In this document: piece by piece, positions 1 to 12,819 of the stretch
Layout of the letters: every line of letters begins with the position of its first letter
Position numbering within the stretch: position 1 is the stretch's first letter
Source of the DNA: Octopus sinensis
Taxonomy: Eukaryota
Assembly (NCBI RefSeq): GCF_006345805.1
Contig: NC_043012.1
Span: 8,618,001 to 8,682,000 of the forward strand
Length of the DNA: 64,000 nucleotides
Direction of reading: 5' to 3'
The notes under the pieces: generated by a model
What the model was told of the DNA's origin: nothing
Seen by the model: the letters and a program-made list of their open reading frames with translations, nothing else
The model's database searches: none
Made by a program: the position numbers and the translations under genes

Positions 1-61
1 TAGATTTAGCAACCTTATGAATATATAACTGTGTATATTTGTGTGGGCATTTGTGCCTCCC

Positions 62-480
62 CACATCATCATCATCATTTAGCGTCCGTTTTCCATGCTA
101 GCATGGGTTGGACGGTTCAACTGGGGTCTGTGAAGCCGGAAGGCTGCATCAGGCCCAGTCAGATCTGGCAGTGTTTCTACGGCTGGATGCCCTTCCTAAC
201 GCCAACCACTCCGTGAGTGTAGTGGGTGCTTTTTACATGCCACCGGCATGGGGGCCAGACGAGGCTGGCCACGGACACGAATGGATGGTGCTTTTACATG
301 CCACCGGCACGGGGGCCAGGCAAGGCTGGCAACGGACACGAACGGATGGTGCTTTTACGTGCTACCGCCACGGAGGCCAGACGGGGCGGCGCCGGCAACG
401 ACCACGATCGGATGGTTCGCTTAACCACAGCTGCAATTTCCACTGATGTTGATCGACCTCAATTTTGGTTCTGATTTGAT
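62..480 (-). mobile_element. Abundant (GAT)n-tailed SINE-like repeat with internal ~60-63-bp VNTR
   Basis: Other copies at about 9505-9800(-), 14648-15010(+), 17085-17446(+), 20790-21190(-), 37190-37420(-), 40200-40407(+), 42070-42489(+), 44080-44296(+), 46578-47100(-). Strand assigned from the tail. Confidence 0.85.
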
Positions 481-481
481 T

Positions 482-551
<70 letters not shown>

Positions 552-677
552 AAAAATAGGATAAAATCTTCATAAGAATTTATCAAGTAGTTAGCGTGAA
601 AAACCTCATAAGAGAAAAAAACACCAATTTTTTCACTTAAATATATTTATTTGTATTATATCTAATACAACCATAAT

Positions 678-724
<47 letters not shown>

Positions 725-1263
725 CTTCATATTAGAGGGCAGTGTTACTTTGATGCAGGATAGGTTTCATGTAAATATAAGTATCTATGTATATCTGTTC
801 TGTCTTAATATTAAGACTAAAGAAGGCAGCGAGCTGGCAGAAATGTTAGCATGCTGAGCAAAATGCTTAGAAGTATTTTGTCTGTTCTGAGTTCAAATTC
901 CACCAAGGTCAACTTTGCCTTTCATCCTTTTGGGGAAAATAAATTAAGTACCAGTTGCATACTGGGGTAGATTTAATCGACTCACCCCCTCCCTTAAAAT
1001 TTCGGACTTGTGCCTAGAGTAGAAAAGAATATCGAGACACTGTCAAGTACTTCATGTTAAGAATAAATAGTTTTATGCATCTAACCCACTTTATGAATAG
1101 AAAGAGCGCCAATCATTCTTAGTATAGTTTCATAATTATATAAGGTATATATATATTTTTTTTAACATACCAGAGATTTAAATAGGAAAAATTAAAAACA
1201 GTCAAATATAATTAACACATCTGTCAGCATGATAACAACATGGTAATAAAGAACTAAACTTAC

Positions 1264-1455
1264 CGCTGCAAGTAGCCATCGGTTTTCTTTGCCAGCAGCA
1301 ACAATTCCCAGAAGTCCAATGATAAATAATATGATGCCAACACCAATTATGATACTGGCTGGGATGAGGGTAATATTCGCTGTGGTCAGTTGATCAAAAT
1401 GATGGTAAGTTTTGAAAATCCAAGCACCACCATAGAACAGAATGGCTGCTGCAGT
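1264..1455 (-). CDS. TSPAN3: Tetraspanin (TSPAN3-like) coding exon 2: rest of TM1, small loop, TM2
   Basis: CTAG|ACT...GCG|GTAAGT, 192 bp. Translates TAAAILFYGGAWIFKTYHHFDQLTTANITLIPASIIIGVGIILFIIGLLGIVAAGKENRWLLAA, matching the TSPAN3 pattern AAxILxYxGA..TLIPAxxIIxVGxxLFIIGLxG. Later exons lie left of the window. Confidence 0.88.
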
Positions 1456-1479
1456 CTAGCAAGGAGAAAGGAAATAAAG

Positions 1480-1567
<88 letters not shown>

Positions 1568-2437
1568 TACACATCAAAAACAGGAAAAAAACAAATGCCA
1601 ATTTCATGATCAGTGAAACTTTTGATGGAAAAATGAGAAAATGACATTTCAAGCAGGATTCTTCAATGGAAAGATTTTATGTATTATATAAAAAAAAAAT
1701 TCTATATTTCTGAGAATTTTTATCTGTTTTAGTTGGAATGGTGACCTCATCTTGATGGTCATTTCCACTACTTTCGGCTGGAGCATGCACAGCTGAAGCA
1801 GTGAATACAATAACCGAGATGAGAAAACCATTGATTAATATAACACACACACATACACACAATGAATGTATGTGTGTGTGTGGTGGTCATGGTGGGGCAA
1901 TTATAAAATTGCATAGAAAACTCTGGAAATAGCTGAATGAAAACATTTCAAACTAAACAGAGACCCCCACACAGAATCACAAATACAAAAACCAGAACAA
2001 AACCCCGCCAACTCCCCACCACACATGCGGACACAATTTTGTTAGTGACAACAGTCCATCAAGAGTTATTGATAAACACACCGTTGCAACAGCAAATGTA
2101 CTGATATCTGTGAGTATAAACACATTATTTCCACATTAGCCTTCGATTTGTATCGAATTACAACCACCAAATAGGACAGTAACTTAAATAGTTCACAAGA
2201 ATTTAAACTAATTACTGTCATTAATGAAAGACACACATACAGTAGAAAAAAAAAACAAAAATTATAATTTGAAAAAAAAAAAATTATATTTAGAATTTGG
2301 TAAAGAAGAAAAATATTTATTTATAGCAGTGACGTGAGTAGATGCTACAAAAAAACTAAATATATACACTTTGATTTAACCAAAATGTGTGTGTGTAATT
2401 TATATACATGCAAGAATATACAAAATAATATATTTCC

Positions 2438-2479
<42 letters not shown>

Positions 2480-2480
2480 A

Positions 2481-2599
<119 letters not shown>

Positions 2600-4468
2600 T
2601 ATGTATGATAATATATATTAGCTGTTATGATTTTACAGAGCAGCCAGATGGGAAGAATTGTACAGGATTGCTAAGGGTCTGTTTGACAATACAAAGACAA
2701 GGGAGTTTAAACATGAGAGCAAATCGAATATAACAGAAATCTGCAATAACTATGGAAGTTTAGAAATATTCATGTACAATATCAGAAACCTATCCAGTTA
2801 CAGTTGACATTAATATACAAAGGAACGGCAAGAAGGCAAACTTGGGAGTTATTTTATATTTTTTGTTGGTTTTTTTTTTTGGACAATTTGTCAAGGATTG
2901 TACCGGTGTTGGTGGTAGAAGTAGTGGTGGTGGTGGTGACAGTAATGTTGAGGTTTAGCCCCCAACTCAAACCTGATCAAGATGACCAATAATCAGAACC
3001 CTTTCCAATCATGAAAATCCATCTTTTCTTATATCTTGTTCCTTATTGAAAACAATAGGATGAGATTTCAAGGAGATTTGGCTGCTATTTCAAGCAAGTT
3101 GAGTGACCACATAAGGTCCCTTTGGTGGTTAGTGATTGCAATGATGCTGGTGTAATGTTACAAGTGGTGGTGGTGGTGGAGGAGGTGGTGGGTTTTTTGG
3201 CGGAGCAGAGGATATCGTATGAAATTACCATCTCTTCGAGAACATGTTCGCACAGGAAGGTGCCAAGCCCAGGCTTCAGAGTGTGACACGGGGTCATGTT
3301 GTTGAATGATCCCCGTAAACATCGAACACAGGCACACAGCTAGCCAGCAACAACATCAAGAATAGCTTGAGAACGACTAACATTGGACAGTTTGACTGGT
3401 TCGTCGTAGTAAGTCGACTGACAATAGCGTAGCAGAATCAACCGTGTATTGATTCAATGAGATCTGGACAAGAGGCAGAAAATACGTAGCACTGCAGAAG
3501 GGTAGTACTGCATTAGATGTACACATACACAGCTTACTTGCAGAATATCCAACACACATACACGGTATATAAACAACCCTTGTTTACTATCCAACAAGGA
3601 AGCTTCAAAATAGTCACGCAACCTGCTAGAAATAACAGCTGCAAACTATATCTTACCCTCTTAAGGAAGACATTGGATAGTGTAGTTTGGGATATATTGT
3701 ATCTGGATACCTTGGGATGGGTGTGGCTAAAATGCCTTCGAATGTAGGTCTTGCTTGATGTTAGGAGTGACCTGATAAACAGCAATGTTTATTCAGTTAT
3801 TTATTATTAAACTTTGATAAATAATTAATATTCGGTCAGAGATGGAGGATGCTGATAATAAATTTGTCGAAATATCATGTAAAATCTAAAAATCTGCCAA
3901 AACTTAAAGACAAGGATGGATCAATACTGAATTTATAAACAGAGAAACCAAACAGGAAGTAGGAAAAAATAATGTAAAAACAATAAAAATATATCATTTG
4001 CACAGTTTTAACAAATGTAAATCAATAAAATTTACCAAGACGGTTATTTTGGTGAGTTTATTTGATTTCATGTCTCTAATATTTAACTGTTGCAAGACAG
4101 TGACCTGGCAAAATCATTAGCATGCCGGACAAGATATTGACCTTTCTGAGTTCAAATCTCACTGAGGTCACCTTTGCCTTTCACCCTTTTGGGGGTCGAT
4201 AAAATAAGAATCAGCTGAACATTGGAGTTGATATAATTGACTTGCCCTCCACTGCACCGAAACTGCTGGCCTTGCGCCAAAATTTGAAACCAATATTAAA
4301 CTACATTATTTACATTCGACGGATATTTGTCCTCATCTTGTTTGTTGTTAACACAACATTTCGGCTGATGTACCCTCAAGCCTTCTTCAGGTGTCTTGGG
4401 GAAATTTCGAAACCTGGGTTCTCATTCCTAAGGTATTTTTTGATATTATTACTATGCCATATGCCCTT

Positions 4469-4745
4469 GGGCATATGACATAGTGGTTAAGAGTGCAGGC
4501 TGCTAACCCCAAGACTCCAAGTTCGATTCCAGGTAGCGACCTGAATAATAATAACAACAACATCGAAAAATACCTTAGGAATGAGAACCCAGGTTCAAAA
4601 TTTCCCTAAGACACCTGAAGAAGGCTGGAGGGTATATCAGCCGAAAGGTTGTGTTAACAACAAACAAGATGAGGAAAAATATCCGTTGAATGTAAATAAT
4701 GTAAATAATGTACATAATTCCTCATCTCTTAAATATAGAACTGCA
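4469..4745 (+). mobile_element. tRNA-headed SINE with Penelope-like 3' body
   Basis: A-box TGACATAGTGG and B-box AGTTCGATTC, followed by a CTGAAGAAGG...CCGAAA tail. An inverted, internally deleted copy lies at 4302-4466. Confidence 0.7.
4610..4655 (+). ncRNA. Minimal type I hammerhead ribozyme-like motif (degenerate at stem III)
   Basis: GACAC-CTGAAGA-A-GGCTG(n10)CAGCC-GAAA-GGTT-GTGTT. Stems I and II pair. A second copy lies on the minus strand at 4350-4395. Confidence 0.55.
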
Positions 4746-6581
4746 ATATTAAACTGTTGTAAATAACATTTACTTCTGCTCATGGGATAAGGATTCCTTC
4801 TACTATAAACGTGAGATCAACAATTTTGAGGAGTGAGGTAAGTTGATTACACTGACCCCATCCCAAGCTTATTTGATGCTTATTTTATTGACCCTGAAAG
4901 ATTGAAAAGCAAAATTGTCCTTGAATGCATTTGAGTACAAAAAGTAAAGAACTGGAAGAAATGCTACTTAGCATTTTTGACCAACATACCAATGATTCTG
5001 CCAGCTTGACATCTTAGCCGTTTCAAATTCTGGCACAAATCCAGCAATTTCAAGAGAAGTGTGTGTGTGTGTGGGGGGGGGGGGGTAGTCACATTGTGCA
5101 AATACCTCCTACGCGCACGGTACTTTTTTTTTTTATATATATATTGACTCCCAAATGAAAGGCAAAACTGCAGAAGCCACAAATAACGAAGGAAAAGAAA
5201 CGGGGAGGTGTGGGGTGGGGTTGGGTTAGGTTTACAGAGAATTGATCATCAAAAGTCTGGGAGCCATCTAGACTAAGAGAAGTCCCATTCACTTGAGCCA
5301 TAGTTGCCACTCTCAGCCATCATTCAGCAAATTTAGAGAAGCACCTATTTTTCAACCTTGCCCTCTTCTCAAAGAGAAACCTGGAAATAAGGGCTCAGCT
5401 GAAGAAAAACCCTTTCATTTTGTCCAACACACAAACTGAAAAGGTTTTCTTTCACCACAGCTGCCACCAGATGGGGGAAACCGCTTGTCCTTCTTGAACA
5501 AGATAAAGGCAGTTGAGCAAAGAGTTATGATGATGATGCAGCAGTCGAGTTTCTATCAAACTTATGTCATGATATTTATAAAGCAGTGACATCATGGATG
5601 GTTTAAGCAGGAATAAACAGCTCCTCTGAACACCAATACTTTGACCTTTCAGTGGTAGTGTGCCACTGTTGTTCACAGTGTGGTGATGACGGTAGTGACA
5701 GCGGTGACTGGTTCTATTATCAGTCATTTGTCAAATACACAATTAGGTTTACAACCCTCTTTCCGTATGCAAATCAATCAGATTATATCAGTCAAGCTTA
5801 TCCTGGTGGTGGCGGCGGTGATGATAGTAGTAGTAGTAGCAGCAGCAGCAATAGTAAACTTATTGAAATCCAATTTATGAGAACTACTCCCCCTCCCACA
5901 CACACACTATGACCGACATACAACTAAATTATGACCTAGCATGATAAATTTGATATTTTTGAACAAAAACTTCAAAATCACACACAGAACATGGTCCTTG
6001 CCCCACATAACTTAGTGGACCCAGCCATGTGCTTTATAGGGTCACAATGATAGGCAGGGAAGTGGTAAACAGCACAGTTGCTATCAGGAATGGGTGTGAT
6101 ACAAAGACATGGTTCTGAGTTCAATCCTACTGTGTGGCACCTTGGATGAGTGCCTCTTACTACAGCCTTTGTCAGTGGATTTGGTAGATGGAAAATGAAA
6201 GAAGCCCTGTGAATATATTGCGCGTATGTGTGTATATATATCTATACATACAGTGTGCATGTGTGTATACCTATACATACAGTGTACGTGTGTATATCTA
6301 GTGTGTGTATACCTATACACACTGTATGTGTGTCTGTGCGGGTGCACCCATACACAGCATGTGAACCCATAAACACTATGTGCATCCATATATCTACACA
6401 CACTGTTTTTGTGTGTATGTATCTACACACACTGTGTTTTTATATATATACATACACACATATCAATATATATGTATATATAATAAAATAAAAAAGGTTC
6501 TTGGTACTTTTATAATTGAAAAATTAAGTAGAGATGGCTTTTCGGGTGATAATTTTTATTTTAGTGATAATGTTTACAGTA

Positions 6582-6733
6582 TGGTCTGGGTGGGGTGGAT
6601 GAGCGAAACTGCTGAGGAGTTTTGGATTGCCTGTCCCTGTTCACTGGTAATAAACTTAATTCATTGCTTTGTCTATCGCCATAAAATCCATCATCACCAG
6701 TTTATAATTATCTATCATGTGTGTGTGTGTATG

Positions 6734-6771
<38 letters not shown>

Positions 6772-6946
6772 ATCATCATCATCATCATGATACACACACA
6801 CACACACACACGATAGATAATTATAAACTGGTGATGATGGATTTTATGGCGATAGACAAAGCAATGAATTAAGTTTATTACCAGTGAACAGGGACAGGCA
6901 ATCCAAAACTCCTCAGCAGTTTGGCTCATCCACCCCACCCAGACCA
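6582..6946. repeat. 135-bp near-perfect inverted repeat with 95-bp microsatellite spacer
   Basis: Arms 6582-6716 and 6812-6946, one mismatch by eye. Confidence 0.9.
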
Positions 6947-8184
6947 CGATAGAAGATGGCCAAAAGGTAGCACATAGCAGAGGGTCAGCCACAAACCAGC
7001 ATAATTACAAAACAAACTATTTAACCATGCCAGGTTTTGAGAACCGTTTAGTCTTGCTACCAACAAAAAAGGCTTCCATTGTAATATGAGTAGCATGAAA
7101 AATGCACCCAACACTATGGAGTGGTTGGTGCTATGAAGGGCATTCAGCCATAAAAGCCAAACCCAAACTGAGACAGTGAAACTAGATGTGGTAGTTTGTC
7201 TCATTAGATCTTGTCAAACAGTCCAACCCAAACCAGTTTAGAGAACAGACATAAAATGATATTGCTGCTGCTGCTGATGAGTGTATGATTAGAAGGGGAG
7301 GAGGTTTGAATATCTGATCTTTCCCTAAATTTTTTTCAGTAACTATAGCTCTCTTTCCCCTATAACATTTGTAGCGTTATACCAAAGTAAAAATTATTTT
7401 TAAACATAGGAAATTAGTATTGTAAAGTACAGAAGCCATCTTAATATGGCTAACCACAAAGGGGAGGGGGGTGTTACTGTAGCTCTATAGCCCCAGGAGA
7501 TCGTCGTCTCCAGCTGGCTTTAGACACCATTTCAGTGCCCTTGAAGTATTTGCAAAGGGAGGCCATCCCTTTCTCACAAGCTTGTTTTTTGAGAAGTATC
7601 ATCTGCAATCCTTCAGAGTCAATAAAAAAGTACCAGTCAAATACTGAGGTCGATATAATTGACTTACCCCCACCCCACTGAAACATGATGTAACTCAAAA
7701 AAATGAGGGAACCTCTATGGCTGCATAAACTGCTCAACATAGCAGCTAAGTTGAGTTCAAAATGAGCTGACTGTTCTGTAAAAAAAAGTTTTTAAAATAT
7801 TGGAACACATTGAAAAAGAAAATGATTATGGCAGGAATATTCAATAGTGGTTGGTCTGGGGTTAAACAACTAGAATAACAAAACCAGATATTTTATATAA
7901 ATAGGTCAACAGGATACAGGAATGTGTATCAGAAGTATGATGTAAACGTTTGTAATCTATGGTGTGTGTGATAAGAATTATAGTGGAAAAGTAGTAGTTT
8001 CACAAACACAAATATCTTTGTATGTTGTTATTATGGAGAAAGATTAAAGCCGTCTGGAAAAGAAAATTTGTAGATTTAAGAAGCTTTCAATAAAACCATG
8101 CATAAGTAAGATTTCTATAGTTTTTTGTCCACCCCTATTAACTGCATGTAAATTACACAAATGAGACCCATATATATATACTCT

Positions 8185-8393
8185 TTACTCTTTTACTTGT
8201 TTCAGTCATTTGACTGCGGCCATGCTGGAGCACCACCTTTAGTCAAATAAATCAACCCCGGGACTTATTCTTTGTAAGCCCAGTACTTATTCTATCGGTC
8301 TCTTTTGCCGAACCGCTAAGTGACGGGGACGTAAACACACCAGCATCGGTTGTCAAGCAATGCTAGGGGGGACAAACACAGATACACAAACAT

Positions 8394-8455
<62 letters not shown>

Positions 8456-8618
8456 GACAGGCTTCTTTCAGTTTCCGTCTACCAAATCCACTCACAAGGC
8501 ATTGGTCGGCCCGAGGCAATAGCAGAAGAGACTTGTCCAAGATGCCACGCAGTGGGACTGAACCCGGAACCATGTGGTTGGTAAGCAAGCTACTTACCAC
8601 ACAGCCACTCCTGCGCCT
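8185..8618 (-). mobile_element. tRNA-derived SINE with central microsatellite
   Basis: tRNA-like head GGCGCAGGAGTGGCTGTGTGG...GGGTTCAGTCCC. Relatives at about 19545-19910, 34315-34560, 41480-41745 and 52420-52575. Confidence 0.8.
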
Positions 8619-9798
8619 ATATATAGAAATATATATTTAAAATCTTAAAGCAAGCGAGATAATTGCAGTAAGATCAGCTAATTGACATTTTAGGAAAACC
8701 TAAATGAAGATGTAAGTAGATTATCTTTAAAGTCAATGAAAGCAATGGAGAGGTCTTGGTTTTATTACAACTCCTCAACAAACCATATTTTATAGAAGGT
8801 AGAGGAGTAAACCCTCCTCCCCACAAACAGTACTTCAATGGACAACTTTATGCTTGCACGGGTCAGATGGAATTTGTTGAGGCACATTTTCTATGGCCAG
8901 ATGTCCTTCACGTTGCTAACTCTTACCCCATTCCAAGTATTGTAACATTACGCCATGGCTGGACAGATTTCCAAGGAGGATTGGAAATGAACCACAATGC
9001 TTTTACGGCAATACTCATTTACATTTATCATGTGAAGCTAAAACAAGGAGGCAGTAACACGCACAAAGGCCATTTTTCAATTTCCATCTACCAAATCCAT
9101 TCACAATGCTTTGGCTAGCTCTAAAATTAAAACAAGTGCCATAGTAGGTCCCAAAACTAGACCCCACTATCTAAGCATTGATAGTTACCTATGAAGAAAG
9201 CCAAACAATACAAAGTAAGCAATCCCCACCAACTTTGAATCCACAAAGACTTTCCAAGATTGAAGAGCCACCCAGACTAATGGGACTAAGATATAAGAAA
9301 TTCATAATTGAGCACCGTGTATATGCATTCCCCTCATCAGCTGCTCAAATGGATATCACCATTGTTTTGACACCTGGGCAGTATTATTCAATTTAGCAGT
9401 ATCCACAATATCAAAAACAAATACTGCTTGGGAACCCACCAGCTTATTGTAAGTAACAACATAAGAGTAAACAAATAGTGATAACTTATAGCTATAATCA
9501 TCATCATCATCATTTAACATCTGTTTTACATGCTGGCATGGGTTGGATGGTTTGACTGAGGTCTGGAGAGCCAGTGGATGCACCGGGCTCCAATTTGATC
9601 TGGCAATGTTTCTACAGCTGGATGCTCTTCCTAATGCCAACCACTCCGAGAGTTTAGTGGGTGCTTTTTATGTGCAGTGCCATGGGAGCCAGTCAGGCCG
9701 ACCAGATATCGATCACAATCAGATGGTACTTTTTATGTGCCACCAACACAGGAGCCAGTCAGGGGGCACTGTCATCGACCATGTTCAGATGGTGTATG

Positions 9799-9865
<67 letters not shown>

Positions 9866-11289
9866 CAATGATAATTATGTCTATCAACAATAGATCTGGG
9901 GAAAATCTTTTTAGATGAATACCCTGCAGAGTGGTTGGTATTAGGAAGGGCATCCAACCATAAAAATCCTACCAAAACAGACAGTAGCCTGGGGTAGTTT
10001 TCTTCCTAGCCAGCTCCTGACAACCAGCCTACCTATGCATGCATGGAAGACGGACAATAAATAACGATGACCCTCTATACCAAATGCACACAGGCTATAA
10101 AGTCTCTCTCACACACACACATGCATGCACACACACACACACACGTATTTGTGTATGTAATGTAATGAACTGAAAACTGAGGCTATCCATGCAATTAGCA
10201 GGCAAAACCTTTGTCTAGGGGGTGTTTACAATCTGGAAAAAAGTGAAAAGGAGGTAACGCTGTATATTTTCACACACAAAATTAATATAGGTTTCTAACA
10301 AAACCATTTTTACAATTAAAATACAAGGAGATAAACAAGTCCTTTTAATGTTCAGAATTCTCGACCCATTTACATGTTAGAAGTGTATCTGAAACTTGAC
10401 TTTCATCTTGATAAAATGTACTTGTAGATGTTTATCTTGAGACACAGTTGAAAAGTTGTTACAGATGAATTCAAATTCATTGAAGGTCATACATTGAATT
10501 TCGACAACACTTTCATTTCAGCCCAGATAATCTCAGCTAATGAGTCCTACATGAGGATGAAATTGATGGTCATTGACATATTGAACATTGCAATCCCAAT
10601 TAACACACACACAATCACATCATTTTAACCACCAATTTCCCATGCTTGCATGGGTCAGATGGAATTCATTGAGGTAGACTTTTTTAAAGCAGGATCCCCT
10701 TGTTGCTAACTCACCCGTTTTCTAGTAAGGTAATATTTCCCCATGGTCATACATGTTTTCATGGAGGATTGGAAACAAATATCACTGCTTTTATAGTGAG
10801 GCTCATTTACAATTACCATGTGATGTGAAGTACATAGTAGCATACACATACTCGTAATTGTACACACACACACACACACACACACACAGAGAGCAGGATT
10901 TTTTCAGTTTCTATCCACCAGACCCACTTACAAAGCTTTGACTGGCTTGGAGCTTTAGTAAAAGACACTTGCTCAAGGTTCCATGCAGTCAAACTGAACT
11001 TAACCACGCAATCATATCCGCACCTAACTTCTGGGTTCAGTCCTACTGCATGGCACACTAGGCGAGCAGCGTCTTCTCTTAAAGCCCAAACTGAGCAATA
11101 CTTGTTAGTGAATTTGGTGGATGGCAACTGTACAAAGCCCATCATGTGTGCTTGAGAATACTTATTACTCTTTGTACGAAGAAAGCAATGAACAATGAAG
11201 TTTGCTGACAAAATCCTGTCAAATCATTTTTTGGCTTGAAAACCAAGTAAGAATTAGTGATAGGAAAGGTATCTGGCTGCAAAGCAATG

Positions 11290-11685
11290 AGATCTTTTCG
11301 GTTTGAACGGCAGTTTTTAACATTTTCTAGGTAACTAAAATATTTTAAACTTCGTATACTGGTAGAATGTGTTTACAAAACATCTTTTTCTCTTAGCTTT
11401 GAGAAAATTCTGTAGTTTGTAAGATATTTGTTGTTTTTTTCCTTCAATTTCAACCAATCAGTGACGCCTATTGAGTTAAAAAGCATTCTGTGCCGTATGA
11501 ATATGTCCCTCGTTTAAGAAACAGATTGGGTTTATTTACATTTGTGAAGAAAATAAAGATACCCTCCCCCACCTCTAACCCTAAAAGAGATTGAAATGCA
11601 ATAGATTGATTCTAGGGTCATAATTATGGGTGACAATTTCATATGACACCGCTAGAAAAAACTGCCGTTCAAACCGAAAAGATCC
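11290..11685. mobile_element. hAT-type MITE with ~28-bp TIRs and 8-bp TSD
   Basis: TIR GATCTTTTCGGTTTGAACGGCAGTTTTT; TSD AAGCAATG at 11282-11289 and 11686-11693. Second copy inverted at 23278-23707, partial copy at 21899-22100. Confidence 0.85.
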
Positions 11686-12819
11686 AAGCAATGTCCTGAT
11701 AATCTGAATGGATTATGCCAACACATAAAATATATGAACCTTAAGATTATCTCCTTTTTTCTTTAAGGAATCATTAACAATAACAGATTAATGTTTGTTG
11801 AGAAGGTTTTTACAAATATCATAAAGTGCATCTCTCCTAACCTGGCATATAAATTTATGTCTTTGGTCCATTTCAGTTATTTCCCTTGGTTCACCTTCCT
11901 GTGAAGAATAGATGACTAGATCTTCAAAAGATATCTACGCTAACAAGTGATTCTCCCAGATGGACATGTGTCTCCTGCTTTTAACAGCTGAAACATGGCC
12001 ATGCACACCATGAAACTTATCAATGACAGAGACTACTATTCACATTTACAAATTTCAGTTCAAAAAATGAAACTATGTCTAAATCTAAGCTAAGCTGCAT
12101 TGGCTGCATCCAGCCAGTATCATCATATCAAAGTCTGTCAACTCCACCCTCACAGTGTTTCATACTCTATGCTTAATGGCTAAATGAGAAAACTTTATCT
12201 GTATTGATGATGATGATAATCTCTTTATCAACAGAGAATTTATGAAAACGGTGACTTGTTATATTATTAATACTCATATTCGCTTTCCACTAAGTGCATT
12301 ATATTTACTTTCTACTAATTGCTTGTGCATACTTTAGCAACCAATGGAAAAAAAAAAAAAAAAAAAAAAATCAAACATCTCAACTGACTGTAACCAACGG
12401 CATGAAAGGGTAAATACAGCAACAAAGAATTAAGATTTAAAAAATTTAATAAAATAACAAATTGCAATCAACAATTAACCTAATTAATAATATATGCAAG
12501 TGCAACTGTTATCAGTTCAACTGAAAGACTTAAACACACAGGCTCATGACTTTCATTGTATATAAACTAATTTATTTTTATAAATCAACAATAATATATT
12601 AAGTCCTTCTAACTTGACATCAATGACCCAACAGTATCTCCCCCACTTCTCATACTTAAGACATTTGCACTTCCACCTCATAATTATCAAAACTATAAAA
12701 AGTAAAATGCAACAAAATATTTTGTAAAAAACCTTTTCATTTCTCTAGTGTAGTATTTACCCCCTTTTCTACAGGATTCACTTATTTTATTGATACCACC
12801 AAGATGCTAGTCAGTCCAC

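Noticed and set aside
1677-1862. Protein-like minus-strand ORF (FLISVIVFTASAVHAPAESSGNDHQDE...)
   Set aside because: Starts in a microsatellite, has only a weak donor (GAG|GTCACC) and no recognisable homology.
2046-2109. Possible plus-strand exon (TTAG|...TCT|GTGAGT)
   Set aside because: Isolated 64-bp candidate with no partner exons or homology; such site pairs arise by chance.
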